Shown: positions 44,566 through 56,855 of the stretch, in pieces
Numbering within the stretch: the stretch's first letter is position 1
How the letters are laid out: each line of letters opens with the position of its first letter
From: Eledone cirrhosa
Lineage: Eukaryota
Assembly: GCA_964016885.1 (NCBI GenBank)
Contig: OZ024751.1
Span: 6,510,001-6,574,000, forward strand
Direction: 5' to 3'
Length of the DNA stretch: 64,000 nt
Made by a program: the position numbers and the translations under genes
The notes under the pieces: generated by a model
Databases searched by the model: none
Told to the model about the DNA's origin: nothing
The model's input: the letters and a program-made list of their open reading frames with translations, nothing else

Positions 44566-45080
44566 TTATCATGTTAAATTATGCGTAGATTTGAAAAGAT
44601 GACCATTGCAGTTTAATCGTTTCAGTATAACATGTACCACCAATTAATGAGACTAATGTGTAGCATACATTTAAATATGCAATATAAACCATTTAAAAGT
44701 TGTGTTATGTTCCTATAAATATATTTAACTTCTGTATACATTATCATTGCCAAATATGCAATTACAATACATCTAAGATAGAATGCGGTATTTATGAGGG
44801 AATGTGTTAAACTATACAACGTCAAGTTTATATTGTTGCATTTATATATACCTCAAAATAACCTGAATATTTTCTGCTATACTTTGACATTTTATCAAAA
44901 TACTTAATAATTTGTATGTTGTATTTCTATAACATCTATTTAATTTGAGAATAGACAGTAATAATGTTTTAACTGGTATCTAATTCCATTACATTTAAGA
45001 TCTATCATTAACGATGTACATCACCAAACAATTTTAAATGACTGTATAAGGTGCATAGAGTTTCAAATGGAACTATATAT

Positions 45081-45120
<40 letters not shown>

Positions 45121-45122
<2 letters not shown>

Positions 45123-45312
45123 TGAGATTCTACAGGACTAGAACTGTTTCATTCTTTAGAAATCATCAGGAATCATCAGCGATTCCTGATGATTTCTAAA
45201 GAATGAAACAGTTCTAGTCCTGTAGAACCTCATCTATATTAAAACTTTTATACTCTGCAATGTATTGAGTACCTTACTTACTGTGGTTACCTCCGATTCA
45301 ACCCGGAATAAC

Positions 45313-45315
<3 letters not shown>
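45121..45315. mobile_element. Short fold-back (54-bp arms, 6-nt spacer) consisting almost only of an HHR core, plus tail
   Basis: 45121-45174 and 45181-45234 are inverted with one mismatch. CTGATGA-tTTC taaa GAAt-GAAAC agttcta GTC. Related copy at ~34500-34550 on the minus strand. Confidence 0.8.
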
Positions 45316-45350
<35 letters not shown>

Positions 45351-46479
45351 TTCTACGGTTTATTATAGAATTCATAGACAATTGTGAGTATGTATGTTTG
45401 TGTGTGTGTGTGAGTATGAGTTATACGTTTCTGTCTGAATGACGTTTCCTTATTTAAAATCGATTTAATATCTCGTATCAAATAAGAAGCACTTTCCATA
45501 ATCAAATCTGATAAATTACCAGTCACAGCCAACAGAATTATCTAATATGGATTCTCGTCTGTTTGGTTTCTTAATCTATATGTACTGAATTTCTGTACTA
45601 TTGTATGGACATTTAACTCAAATATTTGTGAACATGTCTATATAATTAAATCGTCACAAATTTAAATAGATTAGGTTAGACCACTAATTCAGTTCAGACA
45701 ATAGTAGACCAGTATGGATACAGGTAAATATAAAAGTAGAACGCTTTAAATTGTCAAAATTACAAGATGCATTAATGAGTATTAGAATTTGCAGCAGAAT
45801 CATATTCAGGTGAGTGAACTATTAGAATAATGTACCTAGTAGCGGAAGTTTGAATAGCAGCATGCTAAATGTCTGGGAGTTAATTTGATTTACTCTCGGA
45901 TCGCACATACCCAGAGGGTGACGTGTAATAAGCAGGGATACGGAGGTTGGAAAATCGGTAATTTTTCTATGCTGGCTTCGTTGATTAAAAAAAAAAATCA
46001 CATTATTCGTTTAGTTGACATATTGAAGCACCAACACGTCCTATTAATTTCATAACATATGGGATTTTTTATAATGCACTTTTTTTATCATGTATAATGT
46101 TTTGTAATGTATGAGGACAATTATAATAAAATAACATTCGCAACATTTAACTAGTTGATGGTGTTGAAATAAGAGCCTGGTGGTTTGAAAAAATCTGAAA
46201 ATTTAATAAGCAGGGTGTGGATGATTATTCGAGACCCTGGAGTACATTGAAATGTAATATTTTTCGAAAACAGATCAAGGTAAGACTAGGATTACTTCCT
46301 AGGTAATATATATAATAATTTCAAAAGCACTGAAGATTGAAGGCATTGTCAAACTGAATCTGCGTGAATTCCATTGAATGAGCATTAATATTATTACTAT
46401 ATATATAGGTTTAGATAATGGCGTTCGTAGGCGGTATGCCGGGTGAGTATTCAGTGCTCTTACAGAGAAGAGTATTAAT

Positions 46480-46782
46480 AGTATAACAATAAAGGAACAA
46501 TGAATCAATGTTGCATCATAATATATTTAATAAAATATTACATGTTTCGCTGTCGATCAGCTCGAGGAACGATCTATTCCTGATCGAACCTGACTCTGGA
46601 ATCAAACGATCCTCAGATATGCTTCAATATTCAAGCTCATATCTGAGGGTCTTTCGATTCCAGAATCAGTTTCGATCAATAATAGATCGTTCCTCGAGCT
46701 GATCGTCAATGAAACATATGTAATATGTTATTAAATATGTTATGATACAACACAGATTCTTTGTTCATTTATTGTTATACTA
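46480..46782. mobile_element. Fold-back element with extended-stem-II HHRs (46534-46621 minus, 46638-46727 plus)
   Basis: catat-CTGAGG(A/G)-[~60 nt]-GAAAC at(at) GTA-atat(g/t). Confidence 0.75.
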
Positions 46783-46875
46783 TATATATATATATAACAA
46801 AGAGGGTGTGGTAAGACACCAGGTGCATCATGAGTACTCAATACCTAGAGTAGTAGAGTTGGTAATAGGAAAAGA

Positions 46876-46970
46876 TTCAGGACAACGACGGCTGAGCTCC
46901 CGCCGTTTCGACAGCTAGATCCGGATCTAGCTGTCGAAACTGCCAGAGTTCAACCGTCGGGATCCTGACT
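46876..46970. repeat. Imperfect palindrome of a dispersed family (also ~1280-1400 and ~43080-43180)
   Basis: The core gtttcgacagctagatccggatctagctgtcgaaac is perfectly self-complementary. Confidence 0.65.
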
Positions 46971-47040
46971 TTTTTCATATATATATATATAATTTTATTT
47001 ATATATATATATATATAATTTTATTTATATATATATATAT

Positions 47041-47093
47041 GTAAGTATGTATGTATACGTACATACATATATGTATACAGACGTACAGTAGCA

Positions 47094-47131
<38 letters not shown>

Positions 47132-47879
47132 CAGGTATACATATATATATGTACGTATCAGTTTAGCGGACGTTATTATAACGCTCGCTTTGTCCGTTTG
47201 TAAACAAATGGACAGCCTGATTTATGCCGTACGGTGTTAAGGCAACCACGTCACCTTTTTGTTCAATACTGACACAGGAACGATGTACTAGTTTCAAGCT
47301 TCTTAGCTATCGTCAGCACCGTATACCCTTCTGCCAGATGGTTGAACGTTCGAAAGTATATACTTTCCTTATGAAAATTAACGGCTGAGCAGCCTAATTT
47401 GCATATCGAGTAAGTTCAGTCGGCCAGGCGCACCAAAAACGATAAGTTGGAATAGAATTAAACGAAATTTCATTTCTCACTCTTAGTACGTAAGTATGTA
47501 AGTATGTATGTATACGTACATACATATATGTATACAGACGTACAGACGTACATTCTATTCCAACTTATCATTTTCGGTGCGCCTGGTCGACTGAACTCAC
47601 TCGATATGCAAATTAGGCTGCTCAGCCGTTAATTTTCATAAGGAAAGTATATACTTTCGAACGTTCAACAATCTGGCAGAAGGGTATACGGTACTGACGA
47701 TAGCTAAGAAGCTTGAAACTAGTACATCGTTCCTGTGTCAGTGTTGAACAAAAAGGGGACGTGGTTACCTTAACACCGTACGGCATAAATAAGGCTGTCC
47801 GTTTGTTTACAAACGGACAAAGCGAGCGTTATAATAAACGTCCGCTAAACTGATACGTACATATATATATGTATACCTG

Positions 47880-47926
<47 letters not shown>

Positions 47927-48046
47927 ATATGCATGCTACTGTACGTCTGTATACATATATGTATGTACGTATACATACATACTTACATTTAAGTAAGTGC
48001 CGTACTAAGAGTGAGAAATGAAATTTCGTTTCATTCTATTCCAACT

Positions 48047-48047
<1 letters not shown>
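47041..48047. mobile_element. Retrozyme-like unit as an inverted pair of circularly permuted monomers; HHRs at 47269-47337 (minus) and 47673-47741 (plus)
   Basis: Each arm returns to its own starting sequence (47041 recurs at 47498; 47551 recurs at 48032). Minus-arm HHR is ctggcagaagg-gtat-acggtg-CTGACGA-tAGCT aaga AGCTt-GAAAC ta GTA-catcgt-tcctgtgtcag. Confidence 0.85.
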
Positions 48048-48094
<47 letters not shown>

Positions 48095-48287
48095 CTCCCA
48101 CCAAATTGTTTGCCTTGTGCCTAACTCAGAAACTATTATTAATGTTGTTTACGTTTTATATTTTGTTAATTTATGGTTTACCTAGCGAACAATTATATGA
48201 TGGGATCTATAAGACCTATATTTCATTTACAGTAAAATCACATTAGTGATTATAATTTCCCTCAATCTGGCGCAAGATGACACGTAC

Positions 48288-48370
48288 CGGAAATACATGT
48301 GCAAGCGAGAAACAAAAGCAAATAGAAGATCGCTGTAGCTATCGATAAATTCTTGCAGTTCAGCAAGATC
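48288..48370 (-). CDS. Candidate internal coding exon of an unidentified host gene: DLAELQEFIDSYSDLLFAFVSRLHMYF(R)
   Basis: Branch-point-like CACTAAC (48395-48389), acceptor tccttgtatatag|, donor ccg|gtacgt. Open 83-nt exon, phase 0 to 2, with protein-like composition. Confidence 0.5.
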
Positions 48371-49109
48371 CTATATACAAGGACTGGTGTTAGTGTATGA
48401 ATATAGGGTAGGTAATATATATTTATGTTTCTTGTACTGGAATCCCTTGTAGTCCACAGTACATTTTCCTTCAAGCCTGAAGCTAAATCATTTTCGTGAA
48501 TATAAATGAGATCGCCAAAATTATGAAGGAATACTGATATTTCTTGAGAAGCCTTCCAGTTATAGAACTCCGAAAGCCATTACAGCATGAGGAGAAACAA
48601 CAGTAATATGTATCCCAGAAAGTGCATTTGGGTGATCGATTTCGGAGGTCATGGTGTAAAAATCAGTGTATAAGAAAGTCTCTTGATAAAGTGCTTTATA
48701 TACTCGAATAAAATTGCTGTGATTAATGAGTATATTATATTAAAAGTATAATATATATTTAAACATGACCATAGAATAAATGACCATTATTCATAGGAAA
48801 CAGCAATAGTTGAATTCACTTCAGAAAGGTGAATAACATTATTGATGCATTGATTAAAATACGTGAAGCATAAACGATAATGACTGAATGATTTGTGAAG
48901 CGTTGTTATCAATGGAACAACGAGGTAGAGATGATGAACAACTTAGTCCCAATTGCTTAGAATTAATAAATATGTGAAGCTCAGACTAAAATGCCTTCCG
49001 TTGCAGGAAAATATCTTCGTGTGAAATATTTGTTGATGTGAATTAGGTAAAGTAATTTAGTTAACCAATATTCTTATTGCTTAACATATATTCAACCAAT
49101 ATTTCTATT

Positions 49110-49413
49110 AAGGCGCGTGGTTTGTGCTGAGAGCATTCGGCTCACAATCACAATCACAAGTTGATAGTTCGATTCCCGGTGGAGCGTTGTGTCCTCGAGC
49201 AAGATACGCTATTTCAACTCAGCTGGCAAAAATGAGTTGTACCTGTAATTTGGAAGGCCAATCCCGTCCCATTTTGCGTCACGTTGAATCTCCCTGAGAA
49301 CTACATTAATGGTACGCATGTCTATAGAATGATCAGCCACTTGCATGTTAATTTCACGAACAGGCTGTTCCATTGATCAACTGAAACTCTCGTCGTCGCA
49401 ACCGACCGTGTCT
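49110..49413 (+). mobile_element. tRNA-derived SINE (head related to family B)
   Basis: ggcgcgtggt..gttcgattccc head, gcgttgtgtcctcgagcaagatac core, distinct 3' body. Confidence 0.7.
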
Positions 49414-49556
49414 CAGTTCACTTTATTCCTGTAGGCAAGATCAATAATTATCTTATCTTTGTTGTGTTATGATCATATTCCTAATATTTAAATTCTATCT
49501 TATTTCTACAAATCTAATAAAATATACGTAAGAATAGAGTCTATTATTTCCTGTTT

Positions 49557-49695
49557 GTGGGTGGTGCATTGGCAGTATTGGTAGAGCGTCGAACGACATG
49601 CAATGCGACATAGAGTTACGGCCCTGTTCGTTATGTGTTCCAATCCCGCCGCGGTTAGCTTTGCGTTTCATCGTTACGGGGTCAATAAAATAAAG
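49557..49695 (+). mobile_element. SINE family A, diverged and 3'-truncated
   Basis: ttggcagtattggtagagcgtcg..tttcatcgttacggggtcaataaaataaagt. Confidence 0.7.
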
Positions 49696-51771
49696 TTTGA
49701 ATTAGGTAATGTGTATCAGCTTTAATTTAAAAGGTGGAGTGATCACTGATGAAAGTGCTATCGTGTAGATTCTGCTGAATCAGGATTGACCCAAGGCTAA
49801 ACAACAACAACAAAAGCAACAAAGAAATACACAACAGGTTATCCCTATCTAAGAAAAACGTAATCTATATTACATCGAACAACACATATTGTCTCTTAAC
49901 TTGTTTCTATTTTCTTTCACACCAGTAACAGTTACGTAACGATCAATTTCATGGAACGGTACTTTATATTGATTACACCTTGAGGTATATAGTTTTATCG
50001 ACTGACGTATGCTGTGATAATATATTTCCACTAGATGTTTAAATAATAACTGTTGTTTACGTATGCCTCATTTATTTCGAAACCCCGATTAAATAACTGA
50101 GTAAATGAGAAATCCATTATATCTTGGAAACAGGTAGAAGTCCAATTTATAGATGTAATATTTAAGGTTTCTCTATCATATAGGGAATCTGCAGTTACCA
50201 AATTTCGGTGCACATCAAGCTAAATGTTATCATTTCTGCGTCACTTATCAATTATATACCATGAAAACTCATTCCTTTAGATAAAAATATTATCACAGTG
50301 AAGACTACTTATTTCCGCATATTAGATGTTGTTTTGTTACTGACATCATATTAACAGAGATGAATAGCTAATTTAGAATATGTATGTACGATCTGAGATT
50401 TACAACTCTATTGTGTGTTCAATCTGAAGAATAGAGCATTTTATTGCATAGCCTTGGTTAGACAGCCAGTTATTCACTGACACCCTTTTATAATCGAGTC
50501 CTTGTATGTTTTATTCCTTATTTTGTGGGAACTATAACCTCATTCGAAGCAGTTATGAATGAAATGCTAAAGGTTATAAATGTACTTAAGTTTTAAAATG
50601 ATCGTCTCTTCCTTGATTCCAGATTAAGTGATATGTTTTCATTGAACCCAAGACTTTACAGCAATAACTCCCCATTACCATTATATCACTAACTACTATT
50701 ATATGTTGAATCATATATACTGTATATCTAATATATATTCGAATTATCCGAAAGGACTCGATGATGCGGATCAAATTGGCATTATAGTCTCATAAATATG
50801 TCGCAAATGTAGTCCAATAGGATAGCGGACAAATTGTTTTACTGTGGATATAATAACGAAGAAAAATTGTTAATTATTCATCCATTAATATTTTCACTTC
50901 TTCCACTATGAAGTCCATTATATTTCCTTTTTTTCCCTTTCTTTCCGTGATAAAAGATAATTTTCTGAAAACATCATTTAAATTCAGTATTTTGTAAAAA
51001 GAAGAAAAGAAACATAGCTCATTAAATGCATCATTAGTCATATTTAATGTGAATGAATAAATCACGGCTCTAGCAATGTAACATACAAGCTTACGTCTAA
51101 ATGTATAAACGTTATGATAGATTTACTGATAGATGTCAACTAATTGGCGACTAAAACATAATTCTCGCTTCATATTAATATCTTATACAAATTTTTTGCC
51201 ATAAAAGTATTCGAAAAGGAACTTAAAATATATATCAAATATTGATAATCCTATGAGTTAATACAGAAGGTCCTATCTTCAAATATTTCGAGTCAAAATC
51301 TCATCGTTCGGATATCAATTATACGAGACAAGTGTGTTCGCGATTGCCTCCCTTCTCCCAACGACTTCTGAGTGGAAAAGGTTTAGACTAAAATTCCGTG
51401 GAAGCCTAATAAATGGAATGTAACACAACTCGTCGTAGATCACAGAATTTACACTCGCAGACCAGCTTCCAACCATTCTACCCTCAATAGCATCACTAGC
51501 AACATCACGATTAAAACAACAGACAGTACCACAACACCAACAACAGATGTGGGTCTGCACACTCTATGACGTGACGCACAGATCCATCCGTTCCTGGGTA
51601 AAGCAGGACATATGCGTACACACACACACACGCACACACACACACACCCATATATATTATATATAAGTGTGTGCCCGCGTGTATGTGGATGCGCATTCAT
51701 ATATATGTACATTTCCGTTATTATGTACGTGTATATATATACACATATATATATGTGTGTGTGTGTGTGTG

Positions 51772-51946
51772 TGGTTGTGAGTTCGATTCCCGAACCTGGC
51801 GATGCGTTGTATCCTTGGGCCAGACACTATTTCCCGTTGCTCCTTCTATCTGGAGTTGCGACCGATAGATAATATTAGCAATTGGAAAGACCAATGAAAA
51901 CATTGTTTCCTCGGTTCGATTTGACGAAAGTCGATCGACTGTCGAT
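51772..51946 (+). mobile_element. SINE family B fragment
   Basis: Reverse complement of much of 3103-3317. Confidence 0.65.
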
Positions 51947-51954
51947 ATCTAATA

Positions 51955-52790
51955 TAATAATACAAGGACGATTTGTTAAGCCTTCATTACGTTTATTGAT
52001 TGGTGACGCGCGTTTCGCTGTTGATCAGCTCAAGGTTCGATCAATATCGATCTGTCCCGACTCTGGAATCAAAATCTCGTCGGACCTCTGCTGTGGTAAT
52101 GACAGAATGAATATATAAAGCATAGACATGTCTGTAATGTTTCGCGTTCATATGGTGGTCAGTTTATGTTGTTTTCATTGGTGGTTTAGCATGTGTGATA
52201 AGTGTGTTGGGTGGGGGTGAGCATAGGAACGAGGTGGTGTTGGGGAGCAATGGCTGATGTGAATTGGGTGTTGTGTTAGGGCTTATCATGGACATTTCGG
52301 TGGTGTTGTGTGCGGTTTGGATGTTGTAGTGCGTGATAAGACATAAAATAATGAGGTGTTGTACTAGGGGTAGGGGTGTTTCTGCTGGTCATCAGTTTGT
52401 CACGGAAGAGTGAGTGGACATAAAGGATGTAGGTTATACTGGTTAGACATCGTTAAAGGGGATTTGCCCTATACGGAATTAATGAAGTGATGGAAATGGT
52501 ATGAGGTTTGTGTTTGAAAATATATATAAGGGAAGATATATGGTATGAGGTTAGTGTTTGAAAAGACCATAGAAAAGACTATAAAGACTATTTTAATAAA
52601 ATAAATTGTTTGGAGGGGTTGCTAAAAGACTGTGTGCAGGGGCAAGCTCCTGTTCAATGCATATTGCGTAAAAGAATATAAAAAGGAAAATAAATATACA
52701 TGTGTACACACGCACCTAGGGGCATATACACATGCATGCACATCCACGCATGCATCAATGTAAATATATATAGTCATGCATCATCCCACA
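51955..52790 (-). mobile_element. Non-coding PLE-like element with extended-stem-II HHR (52002-52086)
   Basis: Colinear with 55817-56695. ggt-CCGACGA-[60 nt]-GAAAC gcgc GTC-acc. Confidence 0.7.
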
Positions 52791-53349
52791 GAGGCACATG
52801 CGGAAGGTACACGGTGCCAGACGGGCATACATTCCTAGATGTGTCTGCTTGTGGCAGGAGATATGGAATGGCCCAACTGGTCATTCTGCACTCCTGCACT
52901 GGCACCACATATCATACGAATTATAGGTATTTTTGGACACAGCTTCCCATGCCAGTATCGTACATGTTTGCGTCTCCACGTGTGTACACGCTAACGAGAT
53001 ATGCGTGCTCATAGTCTTGGGGGAGGGGTCCATACTACTATATGGTTGCTCTGGGGGTGCAGAAAAACACATATGCACATATATACATACACACTCACGT
53101 ACCCATATACACCTACATATACATATATACATACATATATATACACATGTATGCACACACCAAACAGGTATGGAGATGTACGTGCGTTAGCATTGCATGT
53201 AGATGATGTCACGTGGGGTTAAATGGTGGTAGAAAAAAATGGGAAGGGTGAAAATGTGCTGGGGAATACAAGTGGTATTAAATAATGGTGGTGAAATTAG
53301 TGATAAAAAATTATGTGAATTCATCACGTCATTGTGTTGAGGTGTATGG

Positions 53350-54170
53350 TGCTGGTGGTTTGCGTGTGCCTCAAGGGTATGCTTTATGTTGGTGTAGTTG
53401 AGAGTGGTGGATGCATGGTGGTATGTATGGTTTGTCTGTGCCTCAAGGGTATGCTGTATGTGTATGTGTAGTTGAAAGTGGTGGATGCATGGTGTTATGT
53501 ATGGTTTGTCTGTGCCTCAAGGAAATGCTGTATGTGATGGTGTAGTTGAGAGTGGTGGATGCATGGTGTTATGTATGGTTTGTGTGTGCCTCAAGGGTAT
53601 GCTTTATGTGATGGTGTAGTTGAGAGTGGTGGATGCATGGTGTTATGTATGGTTTGTGTGTGCCTCAAGGGTATGCTTTATGTGCTGGTGTAGTTGAGAC
53701 TGGTGGATGCATGGTGTTATGTATAGTCAGTGTGTGCCTCAAGGGTATGCTGTATGTGATGGTGTAGTTGAGAGTGGTGGATGCATGGTGTTATGTATGG
53801 TTTGTGTGTGCCTCAAGGGTATGCTTTATGTGCTGGTGTAGTTGAGAGTAGTGGATGCATGGTGTTATGTATAGTCTGTGTGTGCCTCAAGGGTATGCTG
53901 TATGTGATGGTGTAGTTGAGAGTGGTGGATGCATGGTGTTATGTATGGTTTGTGTGTGCCTCAAGGGTATGCTGTATGTGATGGTGTAGTTGAGAGTGGT
54001 GGATGCATGGTGTTATGTATGGTTTGTGTGTGCCTCAAGGGTATGCTTTATGTGATGGTGTAGTTGAGAGTGGTGGATGCATGGTGTTATGTATGGTTTG
54101 TGTGTGCCTCAAGGGTATGCTGTATTTGCTGGTGTAGTTGAGTGTGGTGGATGAATGGTGTTATGTATGG
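53350..54170. repeat. Homogeneous 74-bp minisatellite, ~11 copies
   Basis: Unit ggtgtagttgagagtggtggatgcatggtgttatgtatggtttgtgtgtgcctcaagggtatgctgtatgtgat (e.g. starts at 53761 and 53835). Confidence 0.92.
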
Positions 54171-54439
54171 TGGTGGGGGATATGATGAAGGATGCAACCT
54201 AACATTTACAGGAGTAAAACTTAATAAGGTTATCAGTGGTAATGAAATGAGATGTGAAAAAATAATGGTAGTTATTCCAATGTTGTGTTTATATTGTTAT
54301 GTTTTTTCCGTGGTCCCTGCTCGAATATCAGGGAGGAGAATGTATTCTTCCTGGTGTGTCTGCAGTTTATTAGGATTTCTGATCTGAAACTTATGGCAGA
54401 TTTCAATCTAATGATCACGGCCAATTCGACCAGGCACAA

Positions 54440-54590
54440 TCTGCAGTGGTTTCCCCCTTAACGGGATATTCTGAAACTTTAATATGTTATTTTAACAAAT
54501 ATTTGCTCTACGGTTCTTATATATTTGATATATATTTATGCTTATTGAGCCCTCTTTGGATTTTAGTCTTCAAATTTATTATTATTACTA
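54440..54590. mobile_element. Fragment of the 39789-40675 family with an internal inversion
   Basis: 54475-54590 matches 40559-40675. 54449-54478 is the inverted HHR part. Confidence 0.65.
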
Positions 54591-54679
54591 TATATATATA
54601 TATATATATATATCTAGGGAGTGAGGACTCGATGTTTAGGTTCACTTCTGTGTTCAGGTGTGTGCTAAGCGAGTACTAA

Positions 54680-54812
54680 GCAAAGGTCCGTCGAGCTGCC
54701 GATTATTGAGTCGGGTAAGATCGATACAGTTCGAACCTTGAGCTGATCAGTGGCGAAACGCGCGTCACTACCAATAAATGTAATGAAGGAGTAACCAATC
54801 GTCCTTGTTATC
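54680..54812 (+). mobile_element. Fragment of the extended-stem-II HHR family (HHR 54685-54769)
   Basis: ggt-CCGTCGA-gctgc..gtggc-GAAAC gcgc GTC-act. Core position A6 is mutated. Confidence 0.6.
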
Positions 54813-54816
54813 CTTT

Positions 54817-54857
<41 letters not shown>

Positions 54858-54862
<5 letters not shown>

Positions 54863-54951
54863 GCACACATATATATATATGTACGTATGGGTGTACCGAA
54901 CATTTATTATAATGTTCGGTTTGTTTGTAAATGTTCGGTAAACCCATACGG

Positions 54952-54986
<35 letters not shown>

Positions 54987-55515
54987 CATGTATGCATATA
55001 TATACATACTACTGTACGTCTGTATACATACATACTTACATTTAAGTATCAGCCGTACTAAGAATGAGAAATGAAATTTCATTTTTTCCATTTATCGTTT
55101 TCGGTGCGCCCGGCCGACTAACTCACTCGATATGCAAATTAGGCTGCTCAGCAGTTAATATGCATAAGGAAAGTATATACTTTCAGACGTTCAATCATCT
55201 GACAGGAAGGTATACGGTGCTGATGACAGGTAAGAAGCTCGAAACTAGTTCATCGTTCCTCTGTCAGTGTTGAACAAAATGGCAACGTTGGTTGCCGAAC
55301 ACTACGGCTTAATTCGAGCTGTTTGTTTACAAACAAACCGAACATTATAATAAAAGTTCGGTAAACCCATACGTACATATATATATGTGTGCATGTATGT
55401 ATATATATACATACTACTGTACGTCTGTATACATATATGTATGTACGTGTACATACTTATATTTAAATATCAGCCGTACTAAGAGTGAGGAATGAAATTT
55501 CATTTTTTCCATTTA
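54858..55515 (+). mobile_element. Retrozyme-like unit: ~1.4 tandem monomers (~420 nt) with a 5' inverted piece; HHR 55199-55267
   Basis: 54932-55094 repeats at 55356-55515. 54858-54930 is inverted. CTGATGA..GAAAC ta GTT. Same family as 47041-48047. Confidence 0.85.
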
Positions 55516-55619
55516 TATATATATGTGTGTGTGTGTGTATATATCTTGGGAGTGTAACGTGAAGCTACTGTAGTTTCACGTCAGTGGCGAGGCGTATAGC
55601 TAAACACAGTAATATACAA

Positions 55620-55806
55620 TAATGGTTTCTACTTTTGGCACAAGGCCAGCAAATACCCAGTGCATTACTGGTACTTTATTTTATCGACCCCGTAAGGATG
55701 AAAGGCAAAGTCAACCTCGGCAGGATTTGAACTCAGATCGTAAAGGGACGTAACTATGCTGGAAAGCATGGCGTCCGACCCTCTACCGATACTGCCAATC
55801 CACCGC
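55620..55806 (-). mobile_element. SINE family A, full length
   Basis: Family sequence with flanking duplication cagtaatat.caataat. Confidence 0.85.
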
Positions 55807-55816
55807 AGTAATATCC

Positions 55817-56855
55817 AATAATACAAGGACGATTGTTTATGCCTTCATTATGTTGATTGGTGACCGGCGTTTCCTTATTGATCAGCTCAAGGTTCGATCT
55901 ATATCGATCTAGTCCGACTCTGGAATCAAAATCTCGTCGGACCTCTGCTGTTGTAATGACAGAATAAATATATAAAGCATAGAAATGTCTGTAATGTTTC
56001 ACGTTCATATGGTTGTGAGTTTATGTTGTTTTCATTGGTGGTTTAGCTATGAGGAATGTTTTGGCATGTGAGATAGGTGGGGAGGGGGATGAGCATAGGG
56101 ATGAGGTGGTGATGGGGAGCTGTGGCTGATGTGAGTTGCAGAGGTATGGTGCTTTGGCCAACCATAGACATTTCGGCGTGTACGTGGTGAGGCGGAGGTG
56201 CTGTGTGTGGTGTGGATGTCGTAGGGCTATGCGTGATGGGACATGAAAGAGTGCAGTGTTGTACTAGGGATACAGGTGTTTCTGCTGGTCGTCAATTTGT
56301 CATGGAAAAGAAAGCGAACATAGGGGAGGCAGGTTAGGGTGGGTCTTATTTGTAAGCTGTTTAGACATCGTTAAAGGTTATTTGTGCTATAAAGAATTAA
56401 TGAAGTGATGAAAATGGTGTGAGGTTAGTGTATGAAAATATATATAAGGGAAGAATTATGGTATGAGGTTAGTGTTTGAAAAGACTATAAAAAGTCTATA
56501 AAGACATTTTTATTTAAAAGAAATTTGGAGAGGTTGGTAATACACTGTGGGTAAGGGCAACATACCTGTGCAGTGCATATTGTGTGAGAGAATATAATAA
56601 TTAAAATAAATATAGTTGTTTATACACGCACCCAGGGACATGCGCACATGCATGCACATCCACACATGCACCAACGTAAATATATATACAATCATCCATG
56701 CTTTATATGTTCATTCTGTCATTACAACAGCAAAGGTCCGACGAACTTCTGATTCCAGAGTCGGGCCATATCGATAGATATCGAACATTGAGCTGATCAA
56801 TAGTGGAACGGACGTCAGCAATCAATAAACGTAATGGAGGCTTAACAAATCGTAC
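55817..56855 (-). mobile_element. Non-coding PLE-like element with terminal inversion; extended HHRs at 55859-55943 (minus) and 56735-56819 (plus)
   Basis: 56698-56852 is the reverse complement of 55829-55980. The body is homologous to 51955-52790. Confidence 0.75.

Noticed and set aside
48262-48474. ORF-track frame ending in a signal-peptide-like IFYLLLFLACTCISG
   Set aside because: It has no in-frame ATG and a weaker acceptor. The alternative frame with a branch point and a phase-matched next exon is better supported, though this one is not fully excluded.
53350-54170. Regularly spaced repeats (also 2770-3650 and 43890-44565) as a CRISPR array
   Set aside because: Units are head-to-tail with no unique spacers, the context is eukaryotic, and there are no cas genes.
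54743-54759. CTGATCA..GAAAC as an ultra-minimal hammerhead
   Set aside because: It lacks the C3-G8 pair. The upstream CCG(A/T)CGA with a paired stem I explains the motif better.
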